IMG/VR virus record: IMGVR_UViG_2695420822_000001
Direction: 5' to 3' (one strand)
Source: a virus
Lineage: Duplodnaviria > Heunggongvirae > Uroviricota > Caudoviricetes
DNA length: 10,970 bases
Positions within the stretch are counted from its first letter, which is position 1; each line of letters begins with the position of its first letter. This document shows, piece after piece, positions 10,165-10,970 of this stretch. The position numbers were made by a program, and so were the translations under genes. Below the pieces are notes generated by a model, which saw only the letters and a program-made list of their open reading frames with translations, was not told the origin of the DNA and did no database searches.

Positions 10165-10497
10165 ATGACGAGCAAAGAAACCTTTACCCATTACCAGCCG
10201 CTGGGCAATAGTGACCCGGCTCATACCGCAACCGCGCCCGGCGGATTGAGTGCGAAAGCGCCTGCAATGACCCCGCTGATGCTGGACACCTCCACCCGTA
10301 AGCTGGTTGCGTGGGATGGCACCACCGACGGTGCTGCCGTTGGCATTCTTGCGGTTGCTGCTGACCAGACCAGCACCACACTGACGTTCTACAAGTCCGG
10401 CACGTTCCGTTATGAGGATGTGCTCTGGCCGGAGGCTGCCAGCGACGAGACGAAAAAACGGACCGTGTTTGCCGGAACGGCAATCAGCATCGTTTAA
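10165..10497 (+). CDS. D: Capsid decoration protein gpD
   Basis: [43 protein letters not shown]..., lambda gpD-like, 333 nt as in lambda. The track ORF begins 6 nt upstream at MFM; the MTSKE start corresponds to lambda D and has taaggg as Shine-Dalgarno. Confidence 0.9.
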   Translation: MTSKETFTHYQPLGNSDPAHTATAPGGLSAKAPAMTPLMLDTSTRKLVAWDGTTDGAAVGILAVAADQTSTTLTFYKSGTFRYEDVLWPEAASDETKKRTVFAGTAISIV

Positions 10498-10518
10498 CTT
10501 TACCCTTCATCACTAAAG

Positions 10519-10539
10519 GCCGCCTGTGCGGCTTTTTTT
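10519..10539 (+). terminator. Hairpin plus T-run in the D-E intergenic region (possible attenuator or partial terminator)
   Basis: Stem gccgc (10519-10523) / gcggc (10528-10532), loop ctgt, followed by ttttttt (10533-10539). Confidence 0.35.
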
Positions 10540-10552
10540 ACGGGATTTTTTT

Positions 10553-10970
10553 ATGTCGATGTACACAACCGCCCAGCTGCTGGCGGCAAATGAGCAGAAA
10601 TTTAAGTTTGATCCGNNNNNNNNNNNNNNNNNNNNNNNNNNNNNNNNNNNNNNNNNNNNNNNNNNNNNNNNNNNNNNNNNNNNNNNNNNNNNNNNNNNNN
10701 NNNNNNNNNNNNNNNNNNNNNNNNNNNNNNNNNNNNNNNNNNNNNNNNNNNNNNNNNNNNNNNNNNNNNNNNNNNNNNNNNNNNNNNNNNNNNNNNNNNN
10801 NNNNNNNNNNNNNNNNNNNNNNNNNNNNNNNNNNNNNNNNNNNNNNNNNNNNNNNNNNNNNNNNNNNNNNNNNNNNNNNNNNNNNNNNNNNNNNNNNNNN
10901 NNNNNNNNNNNNNNNNNNNNNNNNNNNNNNNNNNNNNNNNNNNNNGCCTGAGTTTAACGGACACTCCTTC
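10553..10970 (+). CDS. E: Major capsid protein gpE, 5' part; interrupted by an N-run and running off the window
   Basis: MSMYTTAQLLAANEQKFKFDP... matches the lambda gpE N-terminus, 56 nt after D as in lambda. Only 21 codons are readable before the N-run at 10616. The 25 nt after the N-run are not in frame if the N-run length is taken literally. Confidence 0.8.
10616..10945. other. Run of N (330 nt), undetermined or masked sequence inside gene E
   Basis: Contiguous n characters. Confidence 1.

Overview
This window is the late region of a lambdoid phage or prophage, read on the + strand from the tail of the late leader to the start of the major capsid gene. It is a mosaic: the lysis cassette is phage-21 type (pinholin S, SAR endolysin R, Rz with embedded Rz1), while the cos site and the packaging/head genes (Nu1, A, W, B, C with nested Nu3, D, start of E) are lambda type, with gene lengths and overlaps matching lambda as I recall it. 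Between the two blocks lies an accessory island of about 3 kb (1387..4400) that is not lambda-like. It holds a terminator-insulated two-gene cassette on the + strand (a KilA-N domain protein translationally coupled to an 85-aa protein), a small region with two direct-repeat hairpins, and a convergent minus-strand pair (a ribbon-helix-helix-like DUF3950/YlcI-like protein and a DUF1398/YbcV-like protein). Three N-runs (2737..2951, 3029..3626, 10616..10945) hide part of the island and part of E; every ORF in the supplied track that runs through them is an artefact of translating N. I found no rRNA, tRNA, CRISPR array or recognisable transposase. The best candidates for something undescribed are the KilA-N cassette, the repeat-hairpin small locus and the partly masked minus-strand module; the rest is well-known lambdoid biology. 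All homology statements are from memory of family sequences, not from a database search.
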